A DNA stretch of 64,000 bases from Psammoneis japonica (lineage: Eukaryota), in the NCBI GenBank assembly GCA_008632985.1, contig QPGO01000009.1:372001-436000 (forward strand), in the 5' to 3' direction. Below, one piece after another: positions 36,481-50,130 of this stretch. Each line of letters opens with the position of its first letter. The first letter of the stretch is position 1. Under the pieces are notes generated by a model that had not been told where the DNA came from, did no database searches, and saw only the letters and a list, made by a program, of their open reading frames with translations. Position numbers and translations under genes: made by a program.

Positions 36481-37099
36481 AATTCAGAAGGCCGCCGGAT
36501 GTTTCAGCCGACGGGTTCCAGTCCCAGGTGGGACTCCGTGTGACATTGGGCCCATGGAATTCTGCGTGCGAGCTCCGCAGTAAAATTGCACTGCAATGAA
36601 AATGTGTGTGATCGCCAACAGAAAAAAAGGCAATTTTACGAATGCATCTCCTCCTTCATGCTTGGAGCACATCATTGACAGTTTGCCCGGGTGTGTTCTT
36701 CAGACATTAAAGAATGCACCCAGAGCATTTTCATTCTCACAAATGTTGAAAATAGAAAGCCTTTGGCTTCGCAAAACAGGGAGCATGAAACAATTTTGTA
36801 GAATGTCACATGTAGAAATGTGCGTGCGATCCAAAAAACTGTTGATGTCACAGTTCAGCAGTGCGAGGTCCACCCAGAGCTGGAACGCGTCAGCCAATGG
36901 ATTCTCTGTTGAGTTGAAAGCGGCTTTGTCTCCAAGTGGTTCGAGTGGTGACCTGAAGTCGACTTGCTGGATGTTGCAACCGATGGATTCTCTGAATGGA
37001 TGAAAGTGGGTTGTCTCCAAGTGGCTCCAGTGGTGACCTGAAAGAAGACGAAAAAATCAGAAGCAAAGAAGCAGCAGATGGCCAAAATCGAGGAAACCC

Positions 37100-37600
37100 G
37101 TGACACTCACGCCAACTTTCTCAGACTGTCACAAAAGCTTGAAAAATGTGTGCTTCACCATCTGGAGTGTCTGGAACATGTGAGCATTCCGAAGTCTGAA
37201 CGTCATGGGGAAGCTCCTGATCACGTCGAATCCATCATGAGCCTCTGGATCATTGCGGCAGCAGTCTTGGCAGCAACGCGCTTCAGGATGGTTTGGAAGA
37301 TGCTCAAGGTCTTGGTGGCAGCAACAAACAACATGCATTTTTTCTTCTTGAAGTGTTTGAAGGATGCCTGGATCATCAAAGCTGCAGCATTCTTGGCAAC
37401 AAAGTTTCGAAACACCCTCTGGATGTTGTGGCAGCAGTGGCGTTCTTGGCAGCAGCGCGCTTGAAGCTTCGAAAAGCACACCGGATCATTTCAATGGCGC
37501 TGATCTTTTTGCAGACCATGTTGAAGGCTGCAGGGATGGAGTGGCTCCATTGATGAGTCAGCAACATCCATGATGTTCACAGGGACATCATGGATTACAT
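37100..37600 (-). pseudogene. Decayed paralogue of the IQ-like region of the ORF at 39086-40750
   Basis: Nucleotide match of ~37290-37560 to ~39545-39845 (AAKNAAA..IQ, HSIP.AFNMV.KKISA). Confidence 0.8.
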
Positions 37601-38069
37601 TCGCCCCGCAGCTTGTGTCGACGAAGCCTGTTGATCCATGTGGGCCGACTTTGCATGGGAAAACAAGGTGGCCATTTCAACCTCGATTCCAACATTGTTG
37701 GATTTTCTTAATCACTTTTTTGAGTCATCAACATGCGCTGCTTCACTCCGCACGACACGACAGAAACGGGAATCTTCCTTGCCCCAACAGCCACGCAAGA
37801 AGGCAAGACAGTGCTTGTTCTTGATGCGCGTTTGCCGATTGGTTCCCGATTTGGTGTCGGATGCGGCGTGACACGCTTTTCATGAGTTCTGTCTGTCAAC
37901 ACCGGGAGAAAGAAATTTCTCGCGAAACTGCCGGCGGTGTGCCTGTGTGTGATCAGTCCTTGCGCGCACCTTCAGCGCATTGGTGTGTCATGCGCACCAG
38001 TGTGTTTCCTGACACAACTCGAGTTTCACAGTTTGTGAACCATCAACTGACACAAGCGCGCTTCTTTTA

Positions 38070-38325
38070 TTTTTCAAGTGTCTTTGGTGAAGATGCCCTT
38101 GTTCATGTTTCTGTCAAGAAGAAGGACGACAACGATGGCAAGGTGGCTCGGCACATGCGGATTTGTTCCATTTGCTGATGCAACTCAAGTTTCGTGGTCT
38201 GTGAAACGTCAACAAACACAACCGTGCTTCTGTTCTTTTTCGAGTGTCTCAGGCAAAGACACCCTTGTTCATGTTTGGTCGAGACGAAGGACGACAATGA
38301 CGGCAAGCTTGCTGGGCACATGCGG
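38070..38325. repeat. Two-copy ~90-bp direct repeat spaced ~165 bp
   Basis: cccttgttcatgttt..gaaggacgacaa..ggcaag..ggcacatgcgg occurs twice. Confidence 0.75.
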
Positions 38326-38722
38326 TGTTGCTCTGAGTTTGGGAGATCGCATCTCCAGCTTTCAGAGACCCACGCTGCAACTCTTCCCGGCAATTTTGAC
38401 ATGAAAACGGCCAACATCAAAGCAAAGCTCAAGGATTCATCAGAAATTGTCACGGACGTGCAAGCAGGCATCTCTTCCTCGCACAGGCCGGAATGCTCGA
38501 GATCTTGGTGGCAGCGACAATGCATGGCTTTGTCCCCACTGCTGTCCTTTCGTTGCTGTTCAAAAAGGTTTGACCCGTCACGACTGCAAACAACCAGCCA
38601 TCAAATGGAGTTTGTGGATTTTGTGTTGATGTGTTTGTGTTTAATTTTCTTTTCTGAATCTGACAGTTGTGGAGCATGGGCTTTTAAATGTCCATTGGAT
38701 CAATCTCCATTTGTTGAATTTT

Positions 38723-39202
38723 GATGCCACGAATCTTTTGCATTTGCTCGGCCCTTCTGTCCTTTCGGATCTTTTCACAGGACTCCCGCTGCATCAACTC
38801 AAAGTCTTCTCTGTTTCTTTCGTGTGACTTGAGCTTGAGCAACGATCGACAGGGGTGGCATGTTTTTGCTTCCTTTCGGACAAGCAAGTGGAGGGCAAAA
38901 GGATTGAGCGGCTGTTGCTCCTGATTCAAGCACAAACAGCTCACGTTGGACGATGAGCTTCCGATGCCACGAATCTTTTGCATTTGCTTGGCCTTTCTGT
39001 CCTTTCGGATCTTTTCACAGGTTTCCCACTTCATCAACTCAAAGTCTTCTCTGATTCTTTCGTGCGACTTGAGCTCAAGCAACGATCAACGGGGGCGGCG
39101 TGTTTGTGCTTCCTTTCGGACAAGCAAGTGGAGGGCAAAAGGGTTGAGCGGCTCTTGCTCCTGATTCAAGCACGACTCGTTGGCGTTGGATGACAAGCTT
39201 CC
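38723..39202. repeat. Tandem duplication, 2 x 240 bp, forming the coding tail of the IQ-like gene
   Basis: gatgccacgaatcttttgcatttgc at 38723 and 38963; both units translate to LNPFALHLLVRKEA..SLL.LKSHER. Confidence 0.9.
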
Positions 39203-40750
39203 AGGTTGGATGGGGGGTGGCGGTGTCTTGTTGCTCGAGACGAGCAAGAGCTGCAATCGTTGGGAAAGCTCTGCAAGATTCTTTCCAATGCGTCTCTTAG
39301 CAGGTGTCTTCATTGCCAAGTCCTCGGCGAGCTGCTCCTCCGTTTCGAAACTCATGCTTTTCGTCTCTCTCTGGTCCATCTTGTTCGAGCTTGGAGTTGA
39401 GCATTCAGCATGATTGGATTGATCGGCATGGAAAATGCCTTGCTCATTGTTGCTGGAATGTGCGAACCGGCAGACGTAGGCTTTGAAACAATGCTTCAAA
39501 AATTCGATGGCTTCTTCCTCCTCGACGCGCGTGCGGCATTGTCGGAAGCTGTTCTGGATCTTGTTGGCGGCGACACACCACACACGGTGTTGCTTCTTGA
39601 AGCGATTGAAGGATGACTGGATTTTAAAAGCTGCAGCGTTCTTGGCAATGTGGTTTCGAAGTGCTCTGTGGATTGTTGCGGCAGCGGCGTTCTTGGCAGC
39701 AACGAGCTTTGGGACGGTTCGGAAAGCACGCTGGATCATTTTGACGGCGCTGATCTTTTTCCGGACCATGTTGAAGGCTGGAGGAATGGAGTGGACAAAG
39801 ACGGCTGTCGAAACAGGCAAGGACGCGCTGACTCCATTGGTGAGTCGGGACGGTGACGTTTCATTTGCAGCAAGAAGTGCACGAGGTTGAGCGTCGACCA
39901 AGGCGAGTGCGTTGGTGGCATTCTGGCGGGTGCAACGGGCTTGCGCAACAATGTCCAACGGTGCCACCAGGAAATCAGAAACATCGTGCGTAGACTCATT
40001 CAAACCAAAAAAAACCTTTCCGTCATGGTTGGCGGTCGCCACATTTGTCGACATTCCGCAGGGACGAGTTGGCGTCGTAGTCCACGAATGCGACAAGGTC
40101 GGACGCAGGAACTTGAGGACGGCCTTGGCAACAATGCAAGGACCGGATCGTGTGTTGCTCTGCTCGAGTAAAATATCCGCTTGAATGATTGGTAGTTCCG
40201 CAAGCCGACTCTTCATGGCATCAAGTACAGCCGTTTCAAAATCGTCGGGATCCGCGTCGGATGGGCAAGGCTTGAACACGAGTTCAACGCCTGCGAAAAT
40301 GGACCTTGTAGAAAATAAAGTAGAAGCGCTCTTGATCACATAATCCACAGTAGTGTCCATTCTCGGCACATGGGATGGACTTTTCATCATAATAGCCAAG
40401 GTAGAGCCTTGATAGGTAGTGGAGTGAAACTTGAAAATCGGTTCGACTCCTCGAAACTTGGTGGCAAGACGCGCGAGTTTCTCGATGTACGATTTGAACC
40501 AAGCGCCATGCGAATTGAAGTGTGCAGCATTGACATTCGAGTATGGAACAATCGAAAGAGACTCTTGGGATGTTGGGGTGAGAATGAATTGAGTCGTCCC
40601 CGTTTTCTCATCGTCGAAAAGCTTCTTCGAGATTGGCTCCAACGGGAGAAAGACGGCAAAGGCGGCGAGAACGGCTTTGCTCACCAAAGCGACTACACTG
40701 CCAAGGATGGCAGCAAAGAGGACACTACAGATCAAAAGGACGATCGACAT
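39086..40750 (-). CDS. Hypothetical protein with N-terminal hydrophobic segment and IQ-like motifs; probably pseudogenising
   Basis: MSIVLLICSVLF start; IQRAFR, IQSSFNRF, IQNSFRQ. The stop TGA corresponds to CGA in the sister repeat, so the frame probably once ran to ~38684. Confidence 0.6.
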   Translation of the reverse strand: MSIVLLICSVLFAAILGSVVALVSKAVLAAFAVFLPLEPISKKLFDDEKTGTTQFILTPTSQESLSIVPYSNVNAAHFNSHGAWFKSYIEKLARLATKFRGVEPIFKFHSTTYQGSTLAIMMKSPSHVPRMDTTVDYVIKSASTLFSTRSIFAGVELVFKPCPSDADPDDFETAVLDAMKSRLAELPIIQADILLEQSNTRSGPCIVAKAVLKFLRPTLSHSWTTTPTRPCGMSTNVATANHDGKVFFGLNESTHDVSDFLVAPLDIVAQARCTRQNATNALALVDAQPRALLAANETSPSRLTNGVSASLPVSTAVFVHSIPPAFNMVRKKISAVKMIQRAFRTVPKLVAAKNAAAATIHRALRNHIAKNAAAFKIQSSFNRFKKQHRVWCVAANKIQNSFRQCRTRVEEEEAIEFLKHCFKAYVCRFAHSSNNEQGIFHADQSNHAECSTPSSNKMDQRETKSMSFETEEQLAEDLAMKTPAKRRIGKNLAELSQRLQLLLVSSNKTPPPPIQPGSLSSNANESCLNQEQEPLNPFALHLLVRKEAQTRRPR

Positions 40751-42879
40751 GGTTGATAGAGGTTGGTAGTTACCGCAGCGATACAGCATCAAAGACCAGG
40801 TGTCCGTGTTGTGAGAGCTGAGCGTGGGAGAATTTCTCGTTCGGATTTTCGAGGCTTTGAGTGTTCAGTACCAAGGCTACATGGGTTCTACGTACAGAGA
40901 TTTTGAAATTCAAGCGTGATTCAAACACTGGCACGTTTTTATTTTGTGATCGAAACCTAACGACAATCATTCCTCTTCCCCAGAGATGGCCAGTACCGGT
41001 TCTGAGGCTCGTGACGTACCGACTTTTTGACTGTCTGGCGAGGATTTGACGGCTCCGACATGTTGATGTCGTCGTTTCTACAATGCCTACGTACCAACAC
41101 AGCTAAAGTCAAAGGTTCTCGGCGACATTATCCTACGTATTGTTACTGTGTAAAAAGCTAATAGATCTCTTTCGAATATTTCATTATGTTCCATCTAGTT
41201 TTGTTTACCGGATGATAGAATTCCGTTTTCGTTTTGCGACGCGGCATGCAATTGAGCAACGTAGTTACCGAAACTGATATTGTTTGGGTTATATCATAAT
41301 CCATGCTCTCTATTGACCGAGCTCCTTCTGAATGGAAGCATGCCATTAAGAAGCACTTCTTGAGAAGTAGGGACGGCAGCGCCTCTTTCTTATCGAATTT
41401 GTACGTGTTCGTTCTCCCTTGAGTTGATCCACCAGTACAGTTGCCCTGGTATTCAAAATGCCGTGTTTTCCCGTCATTTGCACCACCCCACGGATCGAGT
41501 CGCTTTCCGTGATTGACTCGGAATATAATAGCCGCCAACGATATTACAAATGATGCAATAATATGCGTCCCCCGTCGGTCCGGTTTCTTGGTGTTGTGAG
41601 CTTGAAGAAGGGTCGTAGTGACAGCCACGATGCATCGTTCACGGAGAGAGAGTGCAGCAGGATGAGTACGACCTTGCTGCTTGCAAGCCGCAGTCTTGTT
41701 AGGGATTAGCTAGGAAATTTTCAGGAAAAGCGTTTGTTTCTGCGATTCTCCAAAACAACGAGTTTGTGCGTCAACAGAGCCACGGTCATATCCCATTCGT
41801 CGTCGAATCGCGAATCGGCAACACGTGAAGCCTTGTGCTGGACTCTATCATTCACAGCCGACAAAAGCATGGGGTGCAGTAATGTCACTTCTCGAATCTG
41901 GAAACGGATGTTACCCTCTCTCGTTGTACTCTGAACTGTGTGCTTCTGTTTTGTAGTCTTAAAACGTTGAACCTGCTCATCGTCATTTTCTTGGAAGCAA
42001 GTTCTCGAATTTCAAAATCCCTTGTGGACGAGAGACATGCCACGTGGAAGCAAGAAGCAAAAAACTTTCTTCTGTATTTCGCACCCAAACAAACCGCCAA
42101 GCGAGCTCACAAGGATGCTGACTGCGCGCGACAACGAGCGAGCAACAAAAAGAGAAGATCGGTCGCCGGTCGCTCACCTCATTTCACAACGAGTGTTTGT
42201 TGGACCATGTTCTTCCTAATTTGTTCAAGCAAGGTCCGAGCCTGACCGAGATTATCAGGTGCTTTGATGAGCCAGACAACAGTGCAAACACACGTGAGTC
42301 GAGTGGAAAGCCGACGAGCTTCATGCTTGATGCATTCAATGCTCTGGCGCACGACGACCAGCTTGACTTGTTTTCATGCCTACACATTGACGCGCACCAT
42401 GTAAATGGCGTAAGTATCCTCGATGAGTAGTCTTGGGGATTAATTCGAAAGATGCTCACAGAGTTTCCTTGTTTTGTTTTCGTTAGACGCGAGAGATTGC
42501 GAAAAAGTGCTACGACCCGGGGAGGCTGTTCTTCTTTCCTATCCACCTCTACGGTATGACAACGACAAGAAAAAAAGGCAACGCGTACAAGTTTTACCCG
42601 GGGAATGGTGACGAAGATGATATCGCTCACAATATCATCAACGTCCCTAATACCCGCGTGAAAGCAACAGCGAGATGGCCCCTCGCAAGTTCCAGCTGCT
42701 CCCAAAACATTTCAGAGTACACGCCGAAAAGCGAAGGCAACAATGAGATAGCCCCTCGCAAGCTCCGGCTGCTCCCAAAACATTTCACAATACACACAGA
42801 AAAGTGGAGACAGCAGCCGCTGCTACGTTCCCTCCACCACCACCCTTTGGGGGCGATTCCGCACCTTCGTCATCTCCTC

Positions 42880-43640
42880 TACCACCAACAGGCGTCGTCG
42901 AAGTATGGGGGTGGAAGTCTCGAAAGCGCTCGAACAAATGACGCGGAAAGTGTGTCTCAAGGAAGCGCAGGGAGTGGCGCAGCAGAGGGAGCAAATCTTG
43001 TTGAGCATGGAACAACTCGCTGCACAGGGAGACCGATCGGTCGCACCAACTGTCCGAAACTACAATGTTGTGATTAATGCCTACGTCAAGAGCCAGCGCG
43101 ATCGTGGTGCACTGCAAAAGGCAATGGACATATTGCAACGAATGCGACAAAGTCGAGATTTGCAACCCGACATTATTATCTATACAAGTGTTGTGGAATG
43201 CCTATCGAAAAGCACCGACCCCGATGCTTCCTTTTAATGGCGCTGGACCTTTTGGAGCAAGCAACCGAAATTTACAATCGCACAATTAAGGAAGAGTACA
43301 TGCCGAATATACGAACGTTCACAATGGCTATTCTGGCTTTGTCCAAGTTCCCACAACTTGTTGGTTACGTGGTGAAGGCACGAGAATTTGTTGCAAAGAC
43401 TAAAAAACATGTACACAGAGACTCAGCATCCATCTTTGAAGCCCAATGAATATCCTTACAGTTACGATTTGAGCTGTGCCGCCAATGCCATTGGTAACAA
43501 GGAGAACGACATCGTCGCTTTCCAGGCGGCAACAAAAACCTATCAAGGAGTTGCGTAGCTCGACAACTCTTTTGCCAGACAGTTTTACGTATGGCTTTTG
43601 GATGAACGCGTGCAACTAGTGACTAAAGGCTGAAGCGATA
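42880..43640 (+). pseudogene. Pentatricopeptide-repeat protein fragment, frameshifted
   Basis: PTVRNYNVVINAY, QPDIIIYTSVVECL, PNIRTFTMAILAL, PNEYPY motifs across several frames. Confidence 0.75.
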
Positions 43641-44539
43641 TGTTCAGTTCTGAACACGACGGTGGGTTACCGACACGCCAAAAGAGAAGATTTCCCATAA
43701 AGCTGGAGCCTAAACACGAGACTCAAAAAAACTAGATGACGACATGGCGATCTAGCGCAAGGTTGAAAGTCTCTACTAGAGGCTAAGAAGTCGGACGCAG
43801 TGTACCTCGATAGGTGGGCTTATCGGGCTCTTTGCTCGGAACGAGCATTCGCTGTGCATAAACGGAAATGAGGCACTGTTCAGAACGTCGCGCTACCACA
43901 AGTACTACGAGAAGTCATGTCATTGTTGAATTCATGGAAGTTCTGGTCCACAACTTGCACGTGTGTTTTGCAACGAAAAGGAGATAGTTCGGAATATTAC
44001 AACACATCCGTCTTGCTTTAAGACTGACGACCGCCTCATACGGTAGAAATGCGCATGAGCGAGCTAGAAGTAGCACTAAGGTATTGTAAATTGTAAAGAA
44101 TTGCAAGCGGACGTTTTAGGAACTCTGTTTTCTATTCCTTTTATTTGAGACGTGTTCTTATTGTCTCTCTAGAGAGGTATGATTTGTATTTTTTCATGGG
44201 AGCCTTGTAAAATTATTGCTCCCAACGAATGCTCTATTCTCTTCCGTCAATGTTTCAACAACAAGCTTGACTTCCGAAGCGACACGACTTACATGATAGC
44301 AATGCGAGCCTGAATTAGAGTGTGGTCAATGAATTCTCTTTCGTCAATGTTGCCTCTCTGTTTCAACGTGACGCCCGAAACGGTCTCGGCTTACAGTGCT
44401 GCGAGCCTGAATTCTTGAGCCGTAAAAGCGAACCGCATGGTGCAAACTGCCTTCATATGGTCTGACATGGTCACCGGATGTCGTAACAAACACCTCTTCG
44501 GAAGGATTTGTTGGTGGAACAGGTGGGGGCATCTGGTGA

Positions 44540-45150
44540 GTTTTAGCTACTGCTTCGAGACTACCACACAGGTAGCCCTACTAGGCAACCCCACGACTGA
44601 CGTAATGCCCCCCTTGGTGAATACGTTGGCGAGTGTTGCGCTACTGCTTCGTGACTATCGGTAAAGGCTGATTGCCCGGTCCGCCGATGCCCTATTAGGT
44701 AGCCCCGTCTAACGTCCACCTTGCCTTTGCGGCAAGATTCGTTCTTCTCCCAACCAATGGATATGCGTGCGAGTTTTTGTGCCACTGCTTCGTGACTATG
44801 AATAATTGACGAGAGGCTGAAGCCTTCACATCTACCCATGCCCTAATAGGTGGCCCCGCAATCTAACATTCCGTACTGTGAATTCGTGTGCGAGTTCGCG
44901 TTACTGCTTCGAGTCAGGATAATTGACAAGAGGCCGTCTCGGGTTGCGAGACTGAGTGCCACGTCTATCCAAGTCCTAATGAGTAACCCCGCTTCCACGT
45001 TCACGCCGCCCCATGGCAGCAAAAGCCACAACAAGTCAAGTACGAGATTTTGCTACTGCTTCGGGTAGAGCAATTGACAAGAGGCCGTCTCTTATTCCAA
45101 CGTTGTTGGGAGACTGAGTGCCACGTCTGCTCAATCCTAATGGGTAGCCT
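44540..45150 (-). repeat. Five diverged 95-150-bp repeats, probably decayed ankyrin repeats
   Basis: actgcttcg core near 44549, 44643, 44784, 44903 and 45055; the minus strand reads SHEAVAQ twice. Confidence 0.5.
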
Positions 45151-46233
45151 CGCATTGCTGCTGTGCTTTTCAAAACGTCCTTCTTGGTGAATCCAATCCC
45201 AAAGCACAATCAGTAAATCGCCTCGCCTTGAATATCCCAGACCGCCGTACCGCCGTGCCGCAACCTAGACACGAGCACCTCAACGTATCCGCTTCTTGGC
45301 CCGCAACCACGGTGAATGATAATTCTGTCTCTGTGTACGTACAAGAAGGCAAGAGCGAGTTGAGTGGATGAAATACAAAAGAAAAAGGAACAACACGATA
45401 CACGATCACGACAAGAACACACGTACCTTACTCTGCAACGACAAAAGCCGGCAGCAAGCAGAACGCCCATGGCCACTGCAAAGAGCGCCATGGTCAAAAG
45501 AGAAACACAATCAACTCCTCCATTTTACTGCCGTGTTGTTTGAGTTGATTGTCAGAATTATGAGCAAATCAAGAGCGAGCGGAATTCAGCATCGGATTGT
45601 TCGTGTACCAGAAGCACGTAAAGTCCACGGAGCCTCAGTCCTCGGTCTTCCACGACTCGTGTGCTCTCGGTGCCTGGCAGGTTTCGACAACTTATCCTCT
45701 AGTGGGATCAGATATTTTCAAAAATGTCGGAACCGGTACTGGCATGCCGAATCTTCCCAAAACGAGCGGCAAATCGATCGCGAGCGTCATGGTGAAGTTT
45801 CTCGCTTCGTTCTTTGATTTGATTGTGTTGTTGTGTGGTCGCGCGTTGGTTAGTCATCAGATCTTTGCGGACGCACATCAGACGTAGATTTCGAACATTT
45901 CAAAATGTATGAGCATGAATGTTATTTTGTCTTGATATCTTTCGGATCTTGCATCTCGTGGAATGACAAAATTGTGCTGATGCATCGATCTTTACCGAGC
46001 TGTTCTATTGGGAAGGAGACTGGTGGTCCCGTGCAAACAGATTTCCATGTGGAAGGAAGTTCGCAGCGCTGTGAGTTCAGGGATGGAGCCTGCGACACGA
46101 TTTGTCTTTGTCTCCAGTTCCTTCTGCTTCAAGATCGCACTTGGCCCACAAAACAGCTCTTGTCCATCTTTTGTGTTGCAAAAGATCTCTTTTCAACGGG
46201 ATCCAGCGATGAGAAAAACTGACAAGGATTACA

Positions 46234-48624
46234 GTGGACAAGAGGCAGCAGCTGTCAATGCTTGCAAGCAATGGTCTTAAATCATTTGGCAGTTGCAACA
46301 GCCCACCTGGCAGCCTCCTCATTGAGCTCTTTGCTCAGATGCTTGAGACACTCTCCAAAGCCGCCTGCATTTACGACTGCAGTCTCAAAGTGCCTCTGCT
46401 TCTTGCGGCCAGTGATGCCCGCGAAGGAGTCACTGACAACATTGTTGATGCTTGTTTCAGCACCCTGCTTCCCCAAGTCGGATGCAGCAAAGAGCGCAAC
46501 TGCCATTTCACGCTGGGCAACAAAGATTGCACTCTTTCGATTGCAAGCCAAAGCATCAAGGCCATCCAAGGAATTGTCAGTCATGTGTCGCAAGTGATTG
46601 CTGGCACCAAGAAGAGCCAGCAGTTTGGTGTCAAATCCTCTGTGTCAGAGGGTGCTGTGAAAGTTCCCGTCAACCACCAGTGCAATTTTGAATCCATCTT
46701 CCGGAAAGGACGAGTCTCGGACAACAAAAAGGGGTCCCACACTGAAGTTTTTGAAATCAGCAAGTGTCTTTTGACCAAAGAGCAGCAGCATGCCTTCAAG
46801 ACGAATGAGGGCAAACAGACCATCCAGCTTGTCCTTCACTGCTGCACCCTCGAACATGATGTGGACGGCATGGTTTCTGTGTTGAATCCTGACAAGGGAG
46901 AGCCGCTTGATCTTGTGTTCAAGATGAAACTTGGCGTTTCCTGTGAAATGCTCTCCAATGCCATTGAATGCAGATGCATGGGCAAACTTGGCCTTGAAGG
47001 CATCATGCTCAAGGCAGTCAATGAGCTCAGTGAGGGCAACAAAGTTGGCTTGAAAAAGCTGCTTGAAACTGCCCGCAAATGTGACCGGCCAGATTTCTTT
47101 GTCTCATTTGGAGCACAAAACCATGACAGAAGAGGAATTGCAGGCCTTTTTCATTGCTTTCAATGTGTTGCCAGAGTCCTTTTTGGAAGCTGCTCCAATC
47201 CCCGGCAAAGACAACACACTGCTCAAAGTTCCCCAGTGTGACATTCAGCAAACATGGCAGATGACACAATTTGTTGCACCGGGTGTCTCGCCCCAGTTGC
47301 AGTCACGGAAGAAACAAAGCAGGCAAGCATTTGATGTGGTGCCCAGTGAGCAGCCTCAAGAAGTGGCTCCCGTTGATTGTTTGACCCTTGACTCAGAAGG
47401 ACTCAGCCAAGGAATTGCCGCTGGGTTCTCCACTCCCTCTTCCAACATGAAAGAGCCGCCAAAGGAAGAAACGAGCAAACCTTTTGGATTCTCGCATTCC
47501 ACCATCACGAAAAAGCTGCCAAAACAGGAGCTGCACGAAGCCAACCAAGGAGCTGTTGGCAACTTTGAGCAGTGGAACAATGAGCAGACTGTCCCAACAA
47601 TCCAGTCAAGGAGGTGGTGGGCTCTCCTTTGCCATGACAAGCACCAAAGCCCCAAGCAATGGTCAAGGAGGTGGTGGCTTCTCCTTTGGCACAACAAGCA
47701 CTGAAGCACCCAGTGCCAGTCAAGGAACCTGCACGGGCTTCTCTTTCACCTCAAGTGAAACAACGGATGCCAAGCAAGGAACAACCACTGGATTCTCTCT
47801 TGCCCCAAGTGGAATGATGGATGCCTGGCAAGGAGCCACTGGATTCTCTTTTGCAAGTGGTTTGATGCAAGGTGGCGCTGCTGGGCCTCTGCAAGTGCAT
47901 GATTGTGTCAGCACCAAACCGCCTTTTCAATTGCCTCATGTGGGTCTAAAGCTGCCTTCCAATGGATCTTTGTTGCAAGTGCTCCGTGCTGGACCGCCCA
48001 AAGAAACTGCTGCTGGCTCTGTGAAGTTGCAGATGAGTGGATCGACTCAAGCGGCATCGGGCGGACCTCTGCAAGTCCCCATTGTGTGCTTCTTGAAGCC
48101 GCCGGTGAGTGTCTCACCAAAAGGAGATGCTGTGGCCAAGCCCATGATGGGCCCTTCATTGCAAGTCCCGTTGCACCCTTCTTGAAAAGCTTTTGGTGAG
48201 TTTCCCACCAAAAGGAGTTGCTGCGGCCAAGCTGCCGCCAAGTGGAACACCGCAAATGAACAATGTGAGCTTGACGATGACAACAATGGATCCATTGCAA
48301 GCGCCCAAGATGACTTCCATGAAAGGACCACCCAAAGGAGCCGATGCTGGTCTCTTGAGTGGCTCTGTCATCAACTCTGCTGGTGCACTCACCTCGAAAG
48401 AAAATGCAGGCATGCCCAAGACCCCTTCCTCCAAGAAGCCCAAGGGCAAGGGTGCCAAGACACCCATGCACAACAGCAGTGATGTCATTGGTGGCCTCAA
48501 TCGAGGCATTGCCACCCATCGTCAGTTGGGGTGCAGCCAGTCAGAATGCACCAATGTGGGTTCGAGCGGTGATTCAAGCCACGTTGTTGTGGTCAGACTC
48601 ACAGCCAGTCAGATCGCAACATGA
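46234..48624 (+). pseudogene. Decayed host gene with GFSF-type low-complexity repeats
   Basis: Consecutive broken ORFs; GGGFSFG, TGFSFT, TGFSFA repeats; Tyr nearly absent. Confidence 0.45.
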
Positions 48625-49599
48625 ACGGTTGAACCAACAATGCAAGCAGTGAGTGGCCCAAACAAAAAAACAACAATGTGGGGATGTGTGTGAAAAGGAT
48701 GGAGTTTGCTTGCTTCTTTCATCTGCACTGAGTTGGACTCTGGGGCATCTTGATGTTTTTTTGTGCACCGCTGCTTCTTTTTCATGCAGCTGGTTCATGC
48801 AAAGCAGGGTGCTAGAGAGCACCACATGGAAGCAAAATGTTCACAGACCATCATCCTGTTGCAGCTCATGTGCAAACAAAGACTTGCTGAAATTGCAAAC
48901 CTCAACATGAAATGGCCCAAAGAGTGCACACCCTCCTGCTCTGACAAAAGATTAGATCACAACTTTGCACAGATGCTGAGACTGAGTCTCTGACCATCAG
49001 GCAACGGCCTGTGTCCCTGAAGAGCAAAGCCCTTTGTGATGATGTTGACCACATGCAAGAGCTTGGGAAACTGCTTTTCTGAACAGTTCACAGCTCGCTG
49101 AGATTGCCAGGAATGTGACGAGTTTGCTGGCATGAAAAATCTGCAATGCCTTTTCTGGTTGCCGTTGCAGCAACATGTCCGAGCATGCACACGTGCTCCC
49201 AATGACTCTTGTCAATTGTTGCTGGTGGTGAAAAGTTGTCATGGCCAAAAAACTGCTTGCTGGCATGCATGTGTTGCTGGCATGATTTTTGTTGCTGGTG
49301 CCCATTGCCCCCACACTTGTTGCTGGTTTGAGGGCAACGATTTTTCATGTGTTTCACTTTGTTCCCGTCATGCCTTGCTGCCGGCAACAAATGTCATGAT
49401 GTCACAAACCTGAAATGCTGTTTCTGGTTCAACCTGCAACAAGTGTGTGTGCACAACGGCAATTTGCATTTGAATCGAGATGTGGCCATTGATGTGCACC
49501 ATGGTCGCATCGCCCCCCCTTTTGCCACTAGAATGCACCAAGACAACAGTGCAATGCAACTACAACAATCACCAGCTGGCTCTGTGACATCACACACAC

Positions 49600-50130
49600 A
49601 TGCTGGTGCCCCTTGTGGCCTTTGCTGGAAGTCCAAATCAACAGGAACAATGGCTTCAGAGAGAACTGGGATTTTTGGCCCTGTGCAGGGCAAGCTCCTG
49701 CAGCCCTCCAGAGCACTTCACCAACTTGAGCATGCACTTGTGACAAGTGGAGATAATCTTGTAGATGTTTCTCATTCCAGACAGTGCCCCTTGCAGTCTT
49801 TGCTGGGGGTCCAAAGCAACAGGAACGACAGGTTCAGAGACAAATTTCCACAAAACTTTTTTGCCCGGCACAGAGCAAGCCGCAGTCCTTGAGAGCACTC
49901 AACCAACTCAAGCATGCACTTGTGACAAGAGAAGACAATCTCATGGATGTCTCTTGTTCTGAATGGTGCCCCTTGCAGTCATTGCTGGAGGTCCAAAGCA
50001 ACAAGAGCAAAGAGCTCAGAGACAGAAAATTCAAGGGCTTTTTGGCCCGGTGAAGAGCAAGCAGTTGTCCTTGTGAGAGCACTCAACCAACTCAAGCATG
50101 CACTCATGACAAGCAGAGACAATCTCATGG
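49600..50130. repeat. Tandem repeat, 3 x ~180 bp
   Basis: gtgccccttg..gtccaaa..gagcact..accaact..agcatgcact..tgacaag occurs three times. Confidence 0.85.

Noticed and set aside
44540..45150. CRISPR-like repeat-spacer array
   Set aside because: Repeats are diverged, spacing is irregular (95-150 bp), there are no cas genes and the context is eukaryotic; the pattern fits decayed ankyrin repeats better.
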